Origin: an uncultured Alphaproteobacteria bacterium
Lineage (GTDB): Bacteria; Pseudomonadota; Alphaproteobacteria; Rhizobiales; Xanthobacteraceae
NCBI GenBank assembly: GCA_963742975.1
Contig: CAVUNZ010000025.1
Span: 20,230-84,229, forward strand
Reading direction: 5' to 3'
Length of the DNA: 64,000 nt
Below the pieces are notes generated by a model that did not search any database, had not been told where the DNA came from, and saw only the letters and a list, made by a program, of their open reading frames with translations. Below, piece after piece: positions 61,405-64,000 of this stretch. Position numbers and translations under genes: made by a program. How positions within the stretch are numbered: position 1 is the stretch's first letter; every line of letters starts with the position of its first letter.

Positions 61405-62160
61405 ATGACTGATCAATTTTTGCCGGCGGGGCGTTTCGCCGAACGTGATTTTAGTGCTGGAGACGTGTTCAATCGGACCGTCTCGATATTCTCGCGGAAC
61501 CTGCTGCCGTTCGGCATTATCTCGGCGATTGCCTACTTTCCAAGTGCGCTGGCGCTCTCGCAGGGCTCCAAGACCGCCGCTTTAGCGGCGAGCGGGAACG
61601 GCGGCTGGATCGCCGTTGGGTTCATCGCCACGCTGGTGCTGAACGTGCTCAGCCAGGCCATCGTGCTCTACGGCGCATTCGAGGACATGCGCGGCCTGCC
61701 GGTCAATTTGGGCGAGTCGATCAAGGTTGGATTGCGCCGATTTTTTCCGGTCCTCGGCGTGGCGATCTGCATGCCTTTGCTCGCGGGCCTCGCCGCCATC
61801 CTGCTCCTGTTCCCGGGCTTGATGGTGATGACGATGCTGTTCGTCTCCGTGCCGGCTTGTGTCGTCGAGCGTCTTGGCCCGTTTAAGAGCATGGGACGCA
61901 GCGCTTGGCTGACCAAAGGACACCGCTGGAAAATCTTCGGCATCTGGATTGCGGTATTGTTCGTCGGCGGCACCGCACAGTCCATCCTGAACGGAGTGGC
62001 GAGGGCGGCCGGCGGCGTGGTGATCGGCCTTGTCGTGTCGGTGCTGTGCGGCGCGATCTTGGGCGCTTTCAACGCCATCCTGGCGGTGGTGGCATATCAC
62101 GATTTGCGGGTCGCCAAGGAAGGCGTCGACACCGATCAGATTGCCGCGGTGTTTGACTAG
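61405..62160 (+). CDS. polytopic membrane protein, paralogue B (C-terminal AYHDLRVAKEGVDTDQIAAVFD)
   Basis: 251 aa with ATG behind TTGGAAAT. Same topology and motifs as paralogue A (..ERDF..G.V..R..SI..R...PF.., LTKGxRWxIF). Confidence 0.55.
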   Translation: MTDQFLPAGRFAERDFSAGDVFNRTVSIFSRNLLPFGIISAIAYFPSALALSQGSKTAALAASGNGGWIAVGFIATLVLNVLSQAIVLYGAFEDMRGLPVNLGESIKVGLRRFFPVLGVAICMPLLAGLAAILLLFPGLMVMTMLFVSVPACVVERLGPFKSMGRSAWLTKGHRWKIFGIWIAVLFVGGTAQSILNGVARAAGGVVIGLVVSVLCGAILGAFNAILAVVAYHDLRVAKEGVDTDQIAAVFD

Positions 62161-62236
62161 CGCATGATCCCGAAAAAGCCTGCTCTCAGACTTTGATCCG
62201 AGGGTTGGAGCCGGTTTTCGGAGAAGATCATGCGCA
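62157..62236. repeat. MITE/REP copy (inverted orientation, with internal hairpin) abutting stop codon of paralogue B
   Basis: CTAGCGCATGATCCCGAAAAAGCC..GATCCGAGGG..GCCGGTTTTCGGAGAAGATCATGCGCAG. Confidence 0.75.
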
Positions 62237-62252
62237 GACTAAACTACCCAGC

Positions 62253-63170
62253 TCATGTCTTCGGCGCGTGTTCGTACTTGTCCGCGCGTGCTTTGCCGTA
62301 AAGCTGCTCGCGTTCGAGGAACGCGCGCTCGGCGGTATAGAAGTCGCGCAGGAACACGACCACATCGCCGCGCGGTACGGGGCCGGTCCAGCCGATCTTG
62401 CGGCAGATTTTGTCGCAGACGTCGCCGAGAACTTGCGCGCCTTCCTTGCTTTGCGGACGCCGCAACAGCTCTTCGAGCACTTGCAGTTCGAAGGCGCCGT
62501 AAGCCTGCAATTGCGCGGGCGTGAACGTGAATTTCAGCGTGCGTTCGACAAGGTCGCTGAGCAGCGCCACTTTGGGCAGCGAGATCACGACAGTGCCGGC
62601 AATCAAGTCGCCGCCGCGCATGCGGTCCTTGTTGAGCGCGGGAATGGCAAGACAAACCATGACCCAGGCGGCGATGGCGAGTTGTTCCCAGTCGACACCG
62701 TTGCCGGCATGCAACAAGACGCCGAGCGGAATGAACATCTCGACTTCGCGCGTCAGGTTGCGCGCGATCACCGCCGACGCGACCAGCGGCCCGCCATTAT
62801 GGTCGATGACGCGCAGCCCGACGATGCGCTTGCCGGGCGTCGCGCCGCGCCAGGCCAGTTCGAAATAGATGAAATAGAGATTGCGGACGAGAAAGCCGAT
62901 GAACAGCGCAATCGAGACGGCGATCAGGCTGCCGCCGGTCCTGCCCATCAACGCGAGAATGGGAACGTAAATGGCCAGCGTCAGCAGGAACCAGATCGTC
63001 AGATCGATCACGAAGGCGGTGAGGCGCGCGCCGTAATTGGCGATCTCGATCGGCACCGGCACGCCTTCGGGCGTAATGATCTGCCGCCTGAGCTTTTTGC
63101 CGCCTTCGAGAAATTGCGTCGTCCGCTCGTGCGCCAGGACCGGCGCGTCTAAATCCTGCGCGGCACTCAT
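62253..63170 (-). CDS. RDD family membrane protein
   Basis: ATG 63170 overlaps the upstream stop (ATGA). ..YGARLTAFVIDLTIWFLL.. and GATPGKRIVGLRVID. Confidence 0.65.
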   Translation of the reverse strand: MSAAQDLDAPVLAHERTTQFLEGGKKLRRQIITPEGVPVPIEIANYGARLTAFVIDLTIWFLLTLAIYVPILALMGRTGGSLIAVSIALFIGFLVRNLYFIYFELAWRGATPGKRIVGLRVIDHNGGPLVASAVIARNLTREVEMFIPLGVLLHAGNGVDWEQLAIAAWVMVCLAIPALNKDRMRGGDLIAGTVVISLPKVALLSDLVERTLKFTFTPAQLQAYGAFELQVLEELLRRPQSKEGAQVLGDVCDKICRKIGWTGPVPRGDVVVFLRDFYTAERAFLEREQLYGKARADKYEHAPKT

Positions 63171-64000
63171 TGGCGCTTGCTCCGGCCGCAAAGGCTGTAA
63201 TAGGCAATCCACAGCGCGCCGATCGTAAGCCCGACGGCAAACCGCAACGGCGTGCTTTGGATGAGCTGGCGGAAGCCGCCCTCGAGAATGCCGGCAACGA
63301 ACAGCATCAGGATGCCGCCGATAGCCATTTGCGCCGCTTGGCGTCCATGCAAAGCGAGATTTTCGATCCGCGAATAACGGCCGGGAAACAGGATCTTGTC
63401 GGCGATCACCAGCCCGCCGGCGGCGAGAAGAATAAGCGCGCCTAATTCGGAAGTGCCGTGGATCGACAGCCAGCCGAGGCATTCCACCGTCAGGCCGCGA
63501 TCGTAATGCAGCGCGATAAAGGAACCGAGGCTCAATCCCTGATAGGCGACGAGCATCAGCGTCGGGATGCCGGCGGCCAGGCCGAGACCGAAGCACAATA
63601 GGCCGACCGCGGTATTATGGCTGAACAGCACATTGGCGAATATGCCGAACGCCTCGACCGGCCCCGGCCATGGCGCGAACAATTCCTTGTCACGCAGTTG
63701 CGCGGCCGTCGACGCCGGCCCACGGCCGCCTGCCATATCCGCGGGCATGAACGAGCTGAACCAGCTCTCGTCCTGAACGGTCAGAATGAAGCCTGCGGCG
63801 ACGCCGGCGACCAGCGCGAGCGTGACGATCAGAATATGCCAGCGCGCCGCGCGCACTGCTGCCGGCAGGTCGTGAGCGAAGAATTTGCGCAGTCCCTCGA
63901 TCGGATCGAAGCTCGGTCCATAGACGGCGAGGTAGGCGCGCAATGCCAGGTTTTCGAGGTAGAGCAGGAGATTACGATCGAGCGCGATGGTGCGCGCGAC
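63167..64000 (-). CDS. SpoIIM-like (DUF95) membrane protein, 5' end outside the window
   Basis: The frame stays open to the window edge. ..FSHNTAVGLLCFGLGLAAGIPTL..YQGLSLG.. and HGTSELGALILLAAGG. Confidence 0.65.
   Translation of the reverse strand, partial: VARTIALDRNLLLYLENLALRAYLAVYGPSFDPIEGLRKFFAHDLPAAVRAARWHILIVTLALVAGVAAGFILTVQDESWFSSFMPADMAGGRGPASTAAQLRDKELFAPWPGPVEAFGIFANVLFSHNTAVGLLCFGLGLAAGIPTLMLVAYQGLSLGSFIALHYDRGLTVECLGWLSIHGTSELGALILLAAGGLVIADKILFPGRYSRIENLALHGRQAAQMAIGGILMLFVAGILEGGFRQLIQSTPLRFAVGLTIGALWIAYYSLCGRSKRQ

Noticed and set aside
1-64000. Search for defence systems, toxin-antitoxin pairs, prophage, integrase/transposase, secretion systems other than the flagellar T3SS, and tRNA/rRNA
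   Set aside because: Nothing with recognisable signatures was seen on either strand. The accessory content of the window is flagellum-associated.

Overview
GC-rich alphaproteobacterial chromosome segment. Gene content and the intergenic repeat family look Bradyrhizobiaceae/Nitrobacteraceae-like, but that is inference only. About 45 of the 64 kb is a Caulobacter-type flagellar regulon: flgE-flgK-flgL; a continuous flbT/flaF ORF; two tandem flagellin genes; flgI-flgJ(cheL)-flbY-like with divergent fliX; dksA; flgF-flgG-flgA-flgH; fliL-fliM-DUF-motE-like; fliO-fliP; flgB-flgC-fliE-fliQ-fliR-flhB; then a CckA-like hybrid kinase. Regulatory logic is readable in the DNA. There are TGGCACG-N4-YYGC sigma-54 promoters in front of flgE, flgI and flgF, and TTAA-N7-TTAA CtrA boxes or TTAACCAT half-sites in the other flagellar intergenic regions. 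The most interesting part is the non-canonical cargo interleaved with the flagellar genes. It includes three paralogous TPR + GT9-like glycosyltransferases (FlmG-like architecture), a CmcI-like methyltransferase, an AsnB-like amidotransferase and a GT-A-like protein. It also includes an orphan Ser/Thr-rich protein that shares a module with the flagellins and the hook, and a 1354-aa secreted beta-domain/Pro-rich/TPR protein behind a perfect CtrA box. Together these look like an undescribed flagellar surface-modification and accessory system. Other points: three single-nucleotide-type frame anomalies (flbT-flaF fusion, cckA, a dehydrogenase), a 15-nt tandem array inside the flgA-flgH spacer, a duplicated flgI leader, a shared UGUAACC leader motif on late flagellar genes, and a 7-copy palindromic MITE/REP family. 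Both flanks (1-6 kb and 51-64 kb) are ordinary housekeeping or hypothetical genes. I saw no rRNA, tRNA, CRISPR, transposase, integrase, phage or recognisable defence genes.
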